Assembly: GCF_000142905.1 (NCBI RefSeq)
Contig: NW_013657653.1
Coordinates: 1 to 64,000, forward strand
Direction of reading: 5' to 3'
Source: Thecamonas trahens ATCC 50062
Taxonomy: Eukaryota > Protista > Apusomonadida
Length of the DNA: 64,000 bases
A program made the position numbers and the translations under genes. Of the stretch, positions 33,015 through 45,166 are shown in pieces (the stretch's first letter is position 1; every line of letters starts with the position of its first letter). A model generated the notes under the pieces. That model ran no database searches, was not told the DNA's origin, and saw only the letters and a program-made list of their open reading frames with translations.

Positions 33015-35084
33015 ATGGACGAGACATGGAAGACCATGCTGGACGAGTCTCTTGACGGAGTCGGGGTGTTGGGCGCCGGGTTGGGCGGAGGTCATGAGCT
33101 TGGCGTCCTGAGTTTTGACGACCTTTCTCGCCACCACAGCCTTGATCTTGATCACTCTGCCAGGCTTGATCAAGCCGCTCCGCCAGCCCCGCACCATTCC
33201 CCGCACTTTGACTTGGCAGAGGCATGGCTTCCCATGCTTGCTAACGATGACCCGAGCACATTGTTTAGTCTCCCTATGCTTGACACGGAGCCTACCTCGC
33301 CGTCGTTGTCGCTCGCTGCCGGTCCACTCCCTCTGCTCTCGCCCACCTTCTCTTCATCCACTCCGGCGTCGTCGCTCTCGCGCTCGGCAGAGTCTTCCGT
33401 CTCGCCGTCGTATCCATCGAGTGGCTCGTCCCAGGCATCCGCGTCAGGGCTAGACTCCTCGACCACTACCACTGTCTCGACCTCGAGCTCATCGTCGTCA
33501 TCGACATCGGCGTCGTCGACATCGTCTTCTGGAGCCTCCAAGGGCAAGGTCGCGTCGAGCGCGTGCGATCGATGCCGGCTTGGCAAGCGCAAGTGCTCCG
33601 GAAAGGGAGAGCGCGGCGTGTGTGAGCGCTGCATCCGGCTCGAGGTGGACTGCACATGGGAGTATGTGCCGCGGCGGCGTGGACAGAAGCCCAAGCCGCT
33701 GGCGGCCATTCTGGATAGCAAGCGGAAGCGCAAGTATGACGCCGGCGAAGACGGCGATGACAGCAGCAGAGCGTCACGCGCTCTGGTCGAGACCGGCAAG
33801 CGGGCGCGGTCGCTCGGCTCTGCACTCGGAAGTGTGGTGAGCGTTGAGTCGTCGCTCCCGGCCTGGCTGGCGCCTCTCGACTATCTTAAGATCTTTGAAG
33901 TGCTTCCTTCGCGCCAGCCTGTGGTTGCGGCGCTCCGGCCGCTGCTCCCAGACATGTGCCAGATGCTTGCCGATGGCCCTCCGGGACCGGGCGTTTCTGT
34001 TGTGGGTGCGGTGCTTGGCCGGCTGGCGCTGGCGCACGCGGCGCTTGTGCTGGGCGACTCCAACTCGGTGGCGGTGCTCACTGCGCAAGTGCTTGATCGA
34101 TACGGGGCGATGATGTCTGTCAGCTCTGCCGAGGCTGTGCTCTGTCATGCCATGCTCGCGTTTCTTTCGCTTGACGGGCACAGCGCGCGTGCGCGGATGC
34201 ACGCGATTCTGGCCCGGACAACAGCCATTCAGGCTGGACTGCTCAACGCCGACGCTGCCGACGGGCCGACGGCGGACCTCACGTTTGTGGCCCTGCTCAC
34301 AGCCATGGCTGCCGTCTCACGGAGCGGTGGGGCCTGGGACCATCCGCGCGCCAAGGCACACTCGATGCTTGCGCTGGCGTTCTCGCGGGTCCACGCCGCA
34401 ACCGACGTGGCCATGGTCACACTCCTTGCCCGCGAGTTGGCGCGGTTCAAGTGCCCGGGCGCCGAGGGAGCGATCAAGGTCTACGCCTCGCTCATTGGAC
34501 TCTGCTCACTGGACCTCTCAATGTGCGCCGAGTGGAACGAGGCGTCTGTGAGCGCCCTGGCGGCGATGGTGAGCTGCGCGCCTTTTGCAGCGGCGGTGAC
34601 AAACTCTGGCGCGGACTCGCGGGCGCTGGCGGACAGGTGCCTGGCGGCTGTGGACGAGGCCGAGGGCGCGGCCGCGTCGGTCCAGGTCCCCGCCGCGAGC
34701 TGCAGCTCCAAGCCAGCGGCGCATCCGTACCTGATGGGAGTGCGGTATGTGGCGCAGGTCGGGCGCGACGGGGACGAAGCCGCAGCGACGGATGCGGCAG
34801 GTGAGGCCTTTGCCAAGTCTCTGGGCACGACGCTGCGGTTTCTCGCGTCGCGGGTAGACAACTTTGGCTGCGGCTCGTCGAACACCGAGCTCAAGCTCCT
34901 CGCCCTTGCTGCAGCGTTTGTCATGCTCGGCGAGGCGCGCGGGTCTGGGTATGTGGACGGGCTGCAGGACCCACTGGATGCCGCGCTCGCGGCGGTGCCG
35001 CGGTCGACGGTAGCGTCGGCGGTGAGAGTCATGCTCTCGCCGGCGTACGCCAAGGCTGCGGCGCGGCAGCCGCGGATGGGATAG
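33015..35084 (+). CDS. Zn(II)2Cys6 binuclear-cluster transcription factor
   Basis: ACDRCRLGKRKCSGKGERGVCERCIRLEVDC followed by the basic RRRGQKPK and a helical C-terminal region. First plausible ATG (MDETWK) at 33015. Confidence 0.85.
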   Translation: MDETWKTMLDESLDGVGVLGAGLGGGHELGVLSFDDLSRHHSLDLDHSARLDQAAPPAPHHSPHFDLAEAWLPMLANDDPSTLFSLPMLDTEPTSPSLSLAAGPLPLLSPTFSSSTPASSLSRSAESSVSPSYPSSGSSQASASGLDSSTTTTVSTSSSSSSSTSASSTSSSGASKGKVASSACDRCRLGKRKCSGKGERGVCERCIRLEVDCTWEYVPRRRGQKPKPLAAILDSKRKRKYDAGEDGDDSSRASRALVETGKRARSLGSALGSVVSVESSLPAWLAPLDYLKIFEVLPSRQPVVAALRPLLPDMCQMLADGPPGPGVSVVGAVLGRLALAHAALVLGDSNSVAVLTAQVLDRYGAMMSVSSAEAVLCHAMLAFLSLDGHSARARMHAILARTTAIQAGLLNADAADGPTADLTFVALLTAMAAVSRSGGAWDHPRAKAHSMLALAFSRVHAATDVAMVTLLARELARFKCPGAEGAIKVYASLIGLCSLDLSMCAEWNEASVSALAAMVSCAPFAAAVTNSGADSRALADRCLAAVDEAEGAAASVQVPAASCSSKPAAHPYLMGVRYVAQVGRDGDEAAATDAAGEAFAKSLGTTLRFLASRVDNFGCGSSNTELKLLALAAAFVMLGEARGSGYVDGLQDPLDAALAAVPRSTVASAVRVMLSPAYAKAAARQPRMG

Positions 35085-35092
35085 GCCATGGT

Positions 35093-37244
35093 TCAATGAA
35101 GAGCGTCGAGAGCCTGCTCGATCTGGGTGGCGAGGCCAAAGTACTCTGTGGAGAGCTCGGTGGAGCGCGAGGCGAGAGCATCGGCCGAGATGGTCGAGGA
35201 GAAGAACTCGGCCTGGGCCGTGTCGAGCTTGGTGAAGAGCTTGCGGCGGGCCTCGAGCTTGGCGATGACTGCCGAGAGGTGAGCGGCAGTGGCACCGGTG
35301 GCGTGGGAGGCAATGTCCGAGGCCCGGCGGAGGGCGTTCGAAACTCGCGGTCGAGGTTCTTCTTGGCGGCAGCAAAGGTCTTCGAGTCGGACGAGTGGGC
35401 CCATGCGGCGAGCGCGTTGTCGAGCTTGGCGAGGGCCGAGGTGGCACGGGCAATGTCTGCGACAAAGGTGGAGGTCTCGGACGCGATGCCGCCCAACGAC
35501 GGCGAGAGCGAGAGGTCAAGGCGGACGTAGACCATGGCGGCGAGGAAGAGTGCAAACAAGGCGGACATGAGGAGGATGGGCTCCATCAGGATGGCCGTGG
35601 CCGAGAGGGCGTACGAGACCTGGAAGACAAGGTCCTGGTCGGTGACGAGGTTGGCGGCCGAGAACTCGGCAACAACGCGGCCCGAGGTGTCGAGGTACGT
35701 CTTGCGCGACGAGATGGAGAGCTCGGGCTCGACCGCAAACGGGGTGTGGACGGCGACGTCAGAGGCTCCCTCGGGGAGGACCAGGCGGATGATGGCGTCG
35801 GTGACAGGCACGTTCTCAAAGGCGCCAGCCATGTCGACGGTGAGGATGTAGCGGCCCGAGTCGGCGGCGACGCGGAGGTAGGCGGCGAGCGGGAGGTTGT
35901 AGCCCATGTAGAACTCGGTCTTCCACCCGCCAAAGAGCGGGAAGCGCGGGCGCATCTCGACCTCAACCTGCTCGCGGAGTGAGCGGAGCGCAGACGTCGA
36001 GATGTTGCCGATGACGTCGCGGTAGTAGACGTCGGCGGCGTCGGCGGGGAGGATGGCGGTGACCGAGCGGACCGAGGCGATGCCAGCGGCAGCCGGGTTG
36101 CGCTGGTAGTCGTAGCGGGAGAACGAGCCCTTGAGCTTGGCGCCGGTGTGCTCCAGCTTGTACGACTCCTCCACGGCGAGGTTGCCGCCCCAGTGAGAGA
36201 CCTCAAACTCCTTAACCATCGAGGTGGCGGTGACAAACGGTGCGTTGTTCTCGTAGTGGACCTTCATCTCCGAGACGGTAAACGGCGCCACGTCCGCGTA
36301 CGGCCCGTACGTCAGCGACGCGCCCGAGAGCGAGGTCGGCTCCTGTGTCGTGTGCGAGACAACGTTCGACGAGGCGAGCTTGACCACCGTCCGCTGCTTC
36401 TTGGTCACATACGGCGAGTACACGTAGTGGTTGCCAAAGTAGAGCATAAACTGCCGCTCGGCCTGGGCGATCTCCTTGGGGAACGGCTTGAGTGCACCCA
36501 CAAAGACAGCCACAACAGTGAGCTTGACAGACTTGCCCTTGCCCAGCGGAGCCTCGAGCGCGACCTCAAACATCTTGGTTCCACTATGCGCATGGTAAGG
36601 GGGGGAGAGGTTGGCGGAGGGAGGCAGGGAGCGGGGAGCGGTGACGAGCGGGTGAGGGCAGTGGCGGAAAGTGGTGAGAGCGGGGAAAGAACGAGGAGAG
36701 AGAGAAGAAGTGGGAGAGATAGGGAGGATGAGTGGGGGTGGGGAGGTAGCAGGCATGCGGTGTGTGGGTGGGGAGGAAGGGGGGCGAGGAGAGGCAAAAA
36801 AATGGCAAGGCGGTGGACCAGGTGCGTGGCGAGAGGGAAGGGAATTGGGGATAGCGGGCGGAGGAGAGAGAGTATCAGGCTGGAAATGGGATGAGAATGT
36901 AGGTAAGAGCAAGAGCTATCGAATGATGTGTGTGGAGAAGAAAGAAGTACGTACGTAGGAGCGTCGGAAGGAGTGGAAGTCGAGGTAGTGACGGGCAGGA
37001 CGTCATCGTTTGGGGTAAAGGCATCCACAAAGGCGAGGAAGGGAGCGTGACCGGCAGGGATAGCCATTGCGTAGGTGGAGACAGAGGAAGAACCAGTGTT
37101 CGTAATCTCTACCTCTTGTGTCATACGCACAACAGAGGTGGAAACATCAATCGTGCGCACGGCAGTCTTGTGCACAAGGCTACCAGTCGTCATGCTGGCC
37201 AGTGCCAACAGTGCCACTGCGGCAACAACTCCCGTCCACCTCAT
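35093..37244 (-). CDS. RPN1: Ribophorin I / oligosaccharyltransferase subunit 1; exons 37244..36955 and 36583..35093, frameshift at about 35341-35343
   Basis: Signal peptide; EVSHWGGNLAVEE, GAKLKGSFSRYDYQ, YYRDVIGNISTS, RPRFPLFGGWKT and TYLDTSGR; TM MEPILL. 371-nt intron GTACGT...TAG (phase 2). The cytosolic helical tail lies in ORF 35093..35404. Confidence 0.95.
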
Positions 37245-37876
37245 TCGATCTGACAGACGAGTGTTGCTGCCATTACTGCGCGACCGCTGCCAGTCGCTCA
37301 CTCTCTCGGCAGCCTGAGCGAAGCGAAGCGGCTGACACCATACTTTGCTAAGAGCTCCGATGACGTCGACACAGTCGGCTCGGGAGCCCACCCGTTCACC
37401 CTCTTTGATGACCATGTGCGACAAAGACGACGCGCGCCCTCTGGGCGACCAATCCTTTCTTTGATTTCGTGTGTACGCGAGCCATCGAACGGTGCTCATG
37501 TACACGCGGATCACCGTGCCATCAATGGGCACGATGTGCTGACAAAGGTGGTCAGCACAGTAAGTGCGAGGAAAACTCAAGCCGTTCAGCCAGCGAGGCG
37601 ACCGCCCGGTCGGCAACTGAGAGTGTTGCTTTCCGGCCGGTTCGTGGTCGGTCGCCCGACGCCGCTGGCTGCAGGCCGGAACCGGGCCGGTGTGCCACCC
37701 GGCCCACGGCCGGCTACCACGCCGGATCAAGAACGAGTCTAGTCCAGACGATGACCACAAGCAGTTGTCAAAGACACGCGTGGCTTGGTCTTCTTTGGCC
37801 GCGGCTGCAATCACACTTATCCATACAGAGCTCTGACATCGGAGCAAAACGCAGTTTAGCACACAGTGGCATACGG

Positions 37877-38326
37877 CTACGGACCAAAGCCGCCCGATGA
37901 GCTGCTACCGTCAGTGCAGTTCAGGTACGCCGAGGGACAGATGTCGTAGCACGCCGTCCCAGGACCCTCGTACTCGCAGCAGTAGTAGCAAGCACAGTCC
38001 TGGCAGCCGCTGACAGCCCCAAGGCAGGTCAGGCACGCCATGCCCCAAGTCCCGATGCACTCAGCCGCGCAAAGCGCGATAGCCTTGCCACAGGTGGCCC
38101 ACGCGTAGTATCCACATCCGCACTCGGATGTGGCGTTCCAACAGTTGCCGAGCAGCTGCGACTCTACAAGGAGCGTTGCCTTGACCCGGCAATCTCGCTC
38201 GATCCCAGAGTCGCCGGCGTTCGAACACATCTTGGCCGCCTGCTCGGGCAGCTCGGATGGCACGTACCGCGCAGAGCTCGCTACCGCAAGCAGCGCCATC
38301 ACGAGAAAAACAGCAGTCACGTTCAT
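37877..38326 (-). CDS. Small secreted cysteine-rich protein (149 aa, 18 Cys)
   Basis: Clear signal peptide MNVTAVFLVMALLAVASSA followed by a dense, regularly spaced Cys pattern. Confidence 0.75.
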   Translation of the reverse strand: MNVTAVFLVMALLAVASSARYVPSELPEQAAKMCSNAGDSGIERDCRVKATLLVESQLLGNCWNATSECGCGYYAWATCGKAIALCAAECIGTWGMACLTCLGAVSGCQDCACYYCCEYEGPGTACYDICPSAYLNCTDGSSSSGGFGP

Positions 38327-38993
38327 CACTGACCTTGCACGCACGCGTGAGAGAGGGAGGAAGGAAATTGCCGAGCGGGAAAATGGGATGTAGCCGCAAA
38401 CGCCGCGTGCCGTGCGGATCCTCCCGGGGGGAGGGTTGGGGCTAGGGCAAGCTGCAACCAGCAGAAGCCAGACATGCATCATACATATCAGTCGGGCTGT
38501 TTCGTCGTACCTAGCTGTTTCACAAAGAGTTTGAGAGGGGTGTGTGGCTCGGGCTCTTGCTTGGAAAGGGGGCGACAAAGGTCAGCAGCTTTACCGAACT
38601 CAAAAATCGAAACAGTGCACCTCGGCTAGCCCCCCGCCCACCCAAAGTGCAAAAGAGAGCAACTCCAGGCATCCCTCGTTCTTCTCTTCATCCGCACCCT
38701 CTCCCACACACAATCACCTCTTCCGACCCGGCTGCCATGACTGGGCCTAGGCCAGCGAAGCTGCTGCAGCTCCACGGATGTAGCTTTTCTCCTGAAACAG
38801 CCCACGAACAAATTTGCGCCGTGGCCAAACCGAGGCGGGCGGCCAGCCGTGGCCAGCCGCAGCCGCCAGACGGCCATCCCGGCTCCTCGAGCCGAGCCGG
38901 ACGCCAGACGCCAGGCTGCAAGCTCTGCCCTTCAGTCTTCTCACACACCCAACTCTTGAGCGAGTGGAGGGTAGCAAGAACGGTTGGCGAGGT

Positions 38994-39962
38994 ATGGGCA
39001 AGGCGTCGCGTGACAAGAGGGACATCTACTACCGCAAGGCCAAGTACGAGGGCTGGCGAGCTCGGTCGGCGTTCAAGCTCATTCAGCTCGATGAGCAGTT
39101 TGGCTTTCTCCATGACGCCAAGCGCGTGGTTGATCTCTGTGCTGCGCCGGGCTCATGGTCGCAGGTCCTCTCACACAAGCTCGTCTCGGGCCTCCCGCTC
39201 TCGTCGTCGGAGACCAACGTGCTCCGTCGCGAACCGGCAGAGTCATCGGCTGACGCCGATGTCGCCGCAGGCGCTGCTGCCTCGGCTGGCGGCGAGCCGG
39301 CCAAGATTGTGGCGGTGGACTTGCAGGACATGGCGCCGCTACCGGGTGTGACCCAACTCAAGGGCGACATTACCAAGCTCACGACTGTGCAGCAGATTCT
39401 GGGTCACTTTGAGGGTGAGAAGGCCGACGTGGTGCTCTCAGACGGCGCGCCGGACGTGACCGGCCTTCATGACGTCGACGAGTACCTGCAGGCGCAGCTT
39501 CTTCTGGCGGCCCTCAACATCACTACACACCTGCTGCGCCCGGGTGGCACCTTCTGCGCCAAGATCTTCCGCGGCAAGGACACAACGCTGCTGTACTCGC
39601 AGCTCAAGGTGTTCTTTCCGGTCGTCACCATTGCCAAGCCCAAGTCGTCGCGCAACTCGTCGATTGAGTCGTTTGTGGTGTGCCAGGGCTACACGCCGCC
39701 GGCCAACTACGTCCCGACCATGATGGATCCGCTGCTGGATGCCCCGTATGGCGAGGACAACCCGCTCGATGGGCCGAACCGCATCGTCGTCCCTTTCCTC
39801 TCTTGCGGCGACCTCTCGGGCCTCGACTCGGACGTCTCGTACCCGCTCGACTTTGGCCCCGGCAACGACGCCACACCTTACGTCCCGCTTGACCCGGTCC
39901 AGCCGCCCATCGAGCCTGCCCACGCGAGCTCAGCCGCCGAGCGAAAGGCGTTCCGCCAGTAG
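38994..39962 (+). CDS. TRM7: tRNA (cytidine32/guanosine34-2'-O)-methyltransferase, Trm7/FTSJ1
   Basis: [53 protein letters not shown] and [11 protein letters not shown]. Confidence 0.96.
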   Translation: MGKASRDKRDIYYRKAKYEGWRARSAFKLIQLDEQFGFLHDAKRVVDLCAAPGSWSQVLSHKLVSGLPLSSSETNVLRREPAESSADADVAAGAAASAGGEPAKIVAVDLQDMAPLPGVTQLKGDITKLTTVQQILGHFEGEKADVVLSDGAPDVTGLHDVDEYLQAQLLLAALNITTHLLRPGGTFCAKIFRGKDTTLLYSQLKVFFPVVTIAKPKSSRNSSIESFVVCQGYTPPANYVPTMMDPLLDAPYGEDNPLDGPNRIVVPFLSCGDLSGLDSDVSYPLDFGPGNDATPYVPLDPVQPPIEPAHASSAAERKAFRQ

Positions 39963-40116
39963 CGCCGCCCAACCCCAACGCGCGCTCGCACTCTTGGCTC
40001 GGATCAGTTTAATCCTTTACGGTAGGGCTGCTACAAGAGACACGCCCGCCCACGTGACGAACACGCGGACGATTGAAGGCATTCGCAACTGTCGATACGG
40101 ACCACTACAGCAAGGG

Positions 40117-41120
40117 CTAAATCTCGTTGCCGACAGTCACCCAATAATCGCGCAAGTTGTTCTTGCGGCCAAAGATCTCCAGGTAGCGACCGTTCGGGAC
40201 GAGTTTCTCGACCATCTCGTACATCTCCTCGGGCTTTTGCGACTGGCCGCGGCGCTCGGACCAGATGACGTCCGAGACGACGCCCGACTGCAGGGTCGGT
40301 GGATCGGCGCCCTTGCGGCCGACGAGGCACGTCTCCTTGGCGTGCTGCAGGTAGTACCCGTGGCCCTTGGCCATCCGCCGGTTGACTGTCCGCTTGACCC
40401 AAACCACGTCGTCGACGTACTCGTAGCCCCACTCTTTGAACAGCTGAAAGGCAAACGAGTAGCGCGCGTTGATGACCCAGATGAAGAGCAGGCCGTTCTC
40501 CTGCAGCTTCGGCACCGGAATCCGCATAATGTCCTCGTCGCGGAGCTGCGAGTAGCCGAGCGCCACCCCGCGCGTCGGCGCCGATGTCGCCAGCTGCCAC
40601 GGCGGGTCCATGACAATGACATCAAACTGAACCTGTGCGCCCAGCGCAGCCCAATCAAACAGCCGCACATCCGCTCGGATCGGCACGCAGTGCTCCGGTG
40701 CCTCAAAGCTCTCCCAATCGATCTCATCAAATGACGACTTAAGAAACTCGACTACGCCCCGTCACACACACCCTCTGTAAGTCTTCCCCTTTCCCCACAT
40801 ACACACACCCATCCACAACCATATGCCATCATTGCCATCGTACCCTTGTTCTTGCCCGTGGCCAGCGGAATCCGCTTCTGTGCATTCAGCCGCTTGATGT
40901 CACCCTCGATGGCCTCCACCTCCTTCTCTTCCTGAGCCAGCAACCTGGCCAGAGTATCCACATCCAAAGACTTGAGCTCTTCATCTGCCACAAGCATGCT
41001 AGCCTCTGGGCCAGCTGTCACCATATCCGTCGTCATCGTCTGACCCGTCGTCATCGTTTCCACCGTTCCCGCTTCCAAGTTCGGCCCAGCTCCGTCCTCG
41101 CCTTCTCCTCGACTGGTCAT
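40117..41120 (-). CDS. AMT1: MT-A70 family DNA N6-adenine methyltransferase, AMT1/MTA1 clade; exons 41120..40844 and 40751..40117
   Basis: DPPW catalytic motif in DPPWQLATSAPTRGVALGY, plus WVKRTVNRRMAKGHGYYLQHAKETCLVG and QSQKPEE, which are the ciliate MTA1/AMT1 signatures rather than METTL3's. A 92-nt intron GTACGA...TAG restores the frame. Confidence 0.9.
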
Positions 41121-42010
41121 ACTCCTCCAGGCAGACGTTGTCCTCGTCCACTCTACCTCGTCTTGGCTCTACCTGCTCTCCTTGTCTCGTCCCTTGTCGT
41201 GTCGTGCCGAGTCGAGTGGTGCTTGTCCCCGTCACCGTCGCCGCTATGCTCGAGTTGGTCGGCCTGGCCACACCCGCTCAACCCCACCATCCTCTATCCC
41301 TCGGGGGATCGGGGGGATGCAGAAACATGATCGAGCAGCAAGGATTGTAGCCAAAGGTCGAGTCAAGCATGCTATGCATCGAGATTGCCAAAGTATCAAG
41401 GACACAGACCTCGTATCCTGTGGGTAGTAGCGGTGACGGCGAAGATCTGTTCCTCTTGATGGTGGTGGTAGAGCCATTTCCACCTCGCTCACCAGCTGGA
41501 GAACCATGATCATGGCATGACATGAGGTGTGATATATGATTGTGGTGACGGTTGGGCATGGATCATCCAATCAAGGTGTGTATGTAGTCCTGATCGGCAG
41601 ACACAGCCCATTCGCCCAATCTCCGCCCAACCGAGCCGACCTCACACCATCAACCACCCCCCCCCTCCCCGCCCCCGTTCACCCCCCTCCCATGATCAAT
41701 CACAGCCCCATCCCCCATCCCCAGTCCCACCGAACCAAACGGCTCGGCCCACAATAATCGATGATCAGCTAAAGATGTGCTTCTGTGAGAGGGCCGGAGC
41801 CATCCGTCGCCGGCCGTCGTCGGTCGGCGCGCGCGCCAAAACGGCACCACTCCACGCCACTCCAACCCACCCACCGCTAGCACCACCCACACCACCCACA
41901 CCAGGCCACCACAGCCAAAGTCAAGCACTGTAGTGAGGTTATATAGGTTCACCACTTTGCTTGTACCTTGCTTGACGGTGACTACATCCCCACCGCTCTC
42001 CCTCCCGGAC

Positions 42011-44371
42011 ATGCTGGTTGCTGCCAGCCGACGGGTGGGCCGAGGTGGCGGGAAGGCAGTCGGCGATGACGACCGTCTCTCGCTTGTCCATGCCTCACTT
42101 GCTTCTATGAGAGACATTGCAGGCCTCTCGGCCCATGTATCACTTGTCTCGCTCAATCTTCATTCGAATGCCATCACTCGCATCGAGGTACGTTGTCTTG
42201 TTCCCCCCTCACCCCCCCCCCCCCCCTCACTGGCGGCCGCAACGTCCCCGGCGTCATCAACCACGACCTTTTTCCCCTGAGACATCCTCCCCTAGCAACG
42301 GGTATGCCCTCTTGGCCGCTCTTTCATACGCACACCATCACTGCAGCCATAATGACGTCACTGTATGCTTGAAGCTCATCTCTTGACTCACTGATTACGA
42401 TATCAACTCCAACCAATGCCGCAAACACGGATCATCTTTCCCGGCATAACCCTCGTCTGCGACCTTTTTTTTCACCTCACAAATACCTCCCCTCGGCACA
42501 CATCTCAGAATCTCGACGGCCTGGTTAACCTCGTCGAGCTCAACTTGTCGTCGAACCGGCTGGCGTCACTGGATGGTCTCCCGCGGCTGCCGGCTCTTCA
42601 GAGCTTGGATGTGGCGGCCAACGAGCTGAGCCACCTCGGCGGCGCGCTGGCCAACGTACCTGCGCTCCGCCGGCTGGTGGCTTCGTACAACTGCATTCGT
42701 GACGTCGAGGGTGTGGAGCACCTTGAGGCGCTAGTTGCACTCGACTTGGTGGGCAATGACCTTGCTGATGTGACGGCGCTCACACCACTGGCACACCTGC
42801 ACTCGCTTCACTCGCTCGCGCTGGCGCGCGGCGATCGCGCCAACCCGGTCTGTTCCGTCGCCCGCTATCGCGCCACTGCGTTTGCCATTGTTCCAGCGCT
42901 CATTGCGCTCGACGGCTTTGACGCTGCTGGCCGCGACGCTAGCTTTGTCGACACCGGCGTCATTGCCGACCTCGCCCACGCCGCGACGGTGTCGCGCCGG
43001 TCGCCGCCGGCTGCCTCGCCGGCCCGGCGTATCTCGTCGCCAGTTGCCACTACCCAGGCCCCGCGCCCGACTACTCCTGGCGCTCGCCGTCGGCTCTCGC
43101 CAACCCCGGCGCCGGCGCCAGTTGCGAGCCCAGACCTCCTCTCGCCGTTGCCGTCGCCGTTCAAGCTCCCCACGCCAGCCATTGATTCAGCGCTGCAGCG
43201 CCGGCCTCGCAAGGTCAACCGGGCTGCAGCGGCCCGGACTGCTGCGCGCGCGCCGCTCGGCCGTCGCCGCCGCAATGGCAGGGCTCCCCCTTCGCCAGTC
43301 TCTGTGCCCGAGCCGGTCTCGCGCTCGCCGTCACCGCTGGCGTCCAGTCCAGGCGACGACGAGCTGGCCAATCGTGTCGCCGTTCTCGAAGCAGCTCTCG
43401 CCCGGCCGGCCTCGCCACAGACACCAACGCCGTCACCACCACCGGCGATGATCGACGCCGCCACCACGCCGCGGACGCCGACGCCGCCTCCTGCACTGCA
43501 TACGCAGGAGGTCCAGGCGAATCTCCTCTCGCCGTCGGCACTCACCTCACTCCAGACTGCGCTTGACAGCGAAACATCGCGGGCGCTGGCTGCTGAGGCT
43601 CAGGTCACACAGTTGGTGGCCCGGGTCGGCGAGCTTGAGCGCGCGGCAGCCGATGCCGACGCCGCCTTGCGCGAGCACACAGTGAGCCAACGCGAGGCCA
43701 AAGCCGCCACTGCCGCGCGCGTCGACGATGCTAACACACGCGCCGCGGCAGCGGAAGCCCGCGCTACCGCAGCCGAGGCCTCGGCTACCGAGCTCAAGGC
43801 TGCGCTCGCGGCGGCCAATGACCGAGCAGAAGCACAGACTGCGCTCGCGGCGCAGTTGAAGGACGAGCTCCGTAAGGCGGCAGCATCGGTCAAGCGCGGC
43901 CGCGCCCGCACCGCTGACCACGACGCAGCGCGGCAAGCCGCCGAGACTCGGCTTGCCGACGCTGAAGCTGAAGTCGCTGCCGCACGCGCTGCCGCCGCCA
44001 ACGCCGAGGCCCAAATCTCCGCCCTCAAGGCTGCTGCCGCCACTGCCGAAGACCAGATTGCCGCTCTCAAGGCTGCCTTCCGTGAGAGCTCGGCAGGAGC
44101 AGCCAAGCTCAAGGTACTCCTCAAAAGTCGCTGGAGAAGGAGGTCCGTGCGTCGTCGCGGGCCGACGCGGTCGACTCGCGCCTTGCGGCGCTCAAGTCCA
44201 AGCATGCTGCGCTTGTCAGCAGCCATCACGCAACAGAGCGCGAACGTGCCGAGCTTGGAGCCACCGTCGCACTCTTGCGTGAGCATCTCGCTGCGCAGGA
44301 GAAAATGACCGGCATGCTCGACGCCCACTTTGGCGCCGCTGTTGCGGCAGCAGCAGCACGGACCGAGGCTG

Positions 44372-44404
<33 letters not shown>

Positions 44405-45161
44405 CCCCGCCTCCGCCGCCTCCGCCTCCTCCGCCTCCGCTCCCGCCGCTCCCGCCGCAACAAGTGATCAAGCCTGCCGACGACGCCCTGTATGCGCGGT
44501 TGACGGCCGAGAACGCGCGGCTGGCGCGGAGAGTGGAGGAGAGCCAGGCGACGCTCGAGGCGCTGCAGGCCAACCACGCCCAGCTGCAAAGCGCCGAGGC
44601 CCAGCTCCGCGGCGAGACAAAGTTTTACAAAGAGCGGGCTGAAGCCTCGGCTGACGCGCTCGCCATCAAGGACAAGATGCTCAACGACCAGCTGGAGAGC
44701 CTCCGTGGGCTCAAGGCCAAGCTTGCCGAGGCCACGAGCGCGGCGGCGGCGGCTGAGGCGCTTGAGGGCGAGGCAAGCGACGCCGCCGCGAAGCCCGCCG
44801 CCTTGCTGCCGAGCGCGACGAGGCCCAGGCCGAGGTTGCGCGCCTCGAGCGTGCGCTCCGCTACGTCGAGGACGAGGTGGCCAAGCTCAAGGCGTCAATG
44901 GACGAGCAGGTGGCGGCGGCCAGAGCCGCTGGCGATGCAGCTGCTGCCGAAGCCGCAGACGCCGCCGCCGCAGAAGTACAGGCTGAGCTGGAGGCCGCGC
45001 AGGCGGCGGCCGCCGACGCTGCAGCCGACGCAGCGTGCGCCCGCGAAGCGGTGACCAAGACCGAGCACGAGATGCGGGTCTTGCTCAAGGCGTATGACAA
45101 GGAGAAGAAGAAGCGAATCAAGCTGGGCGCGCTTCTCCAGCAGGCTCTCGACGATAGCTAA
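42011..45161 (+). CDS. LRRCC1: LRR and coiled-coil centriolar protein, LRRCC1/VFL1-like; exon 1 42011..42187, exon 2 from 42509; frameshifts at about 44125 and 44792
   Basis: SDS22-type LRRs (LNLHSNAITRIENLDGLVNLVELNLSSNRL) and LRRcap (NPVC...YR...LDG). Long coiled coil with IKDKMLNDQLESLRGLK, RYVEDEVAKLK and EHEMRVLL motifs. 321-nt intron GTACGT...CAG. Confidence 0.75.
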
Positions 45162-45166
45162 AAGCA

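Noticed and set aside
40117-40686. METTL3-type mRNA m6A methyltransferase or a bacterial restriction-modification methylase
   Set aside because: The motifs (TRGVALGY, MAKGHGYYLQHAKE) match the AMT1/MTA1 clade. The gene has a spliceosomal intron, no CCCH fingers and no neighbouring nuclease.
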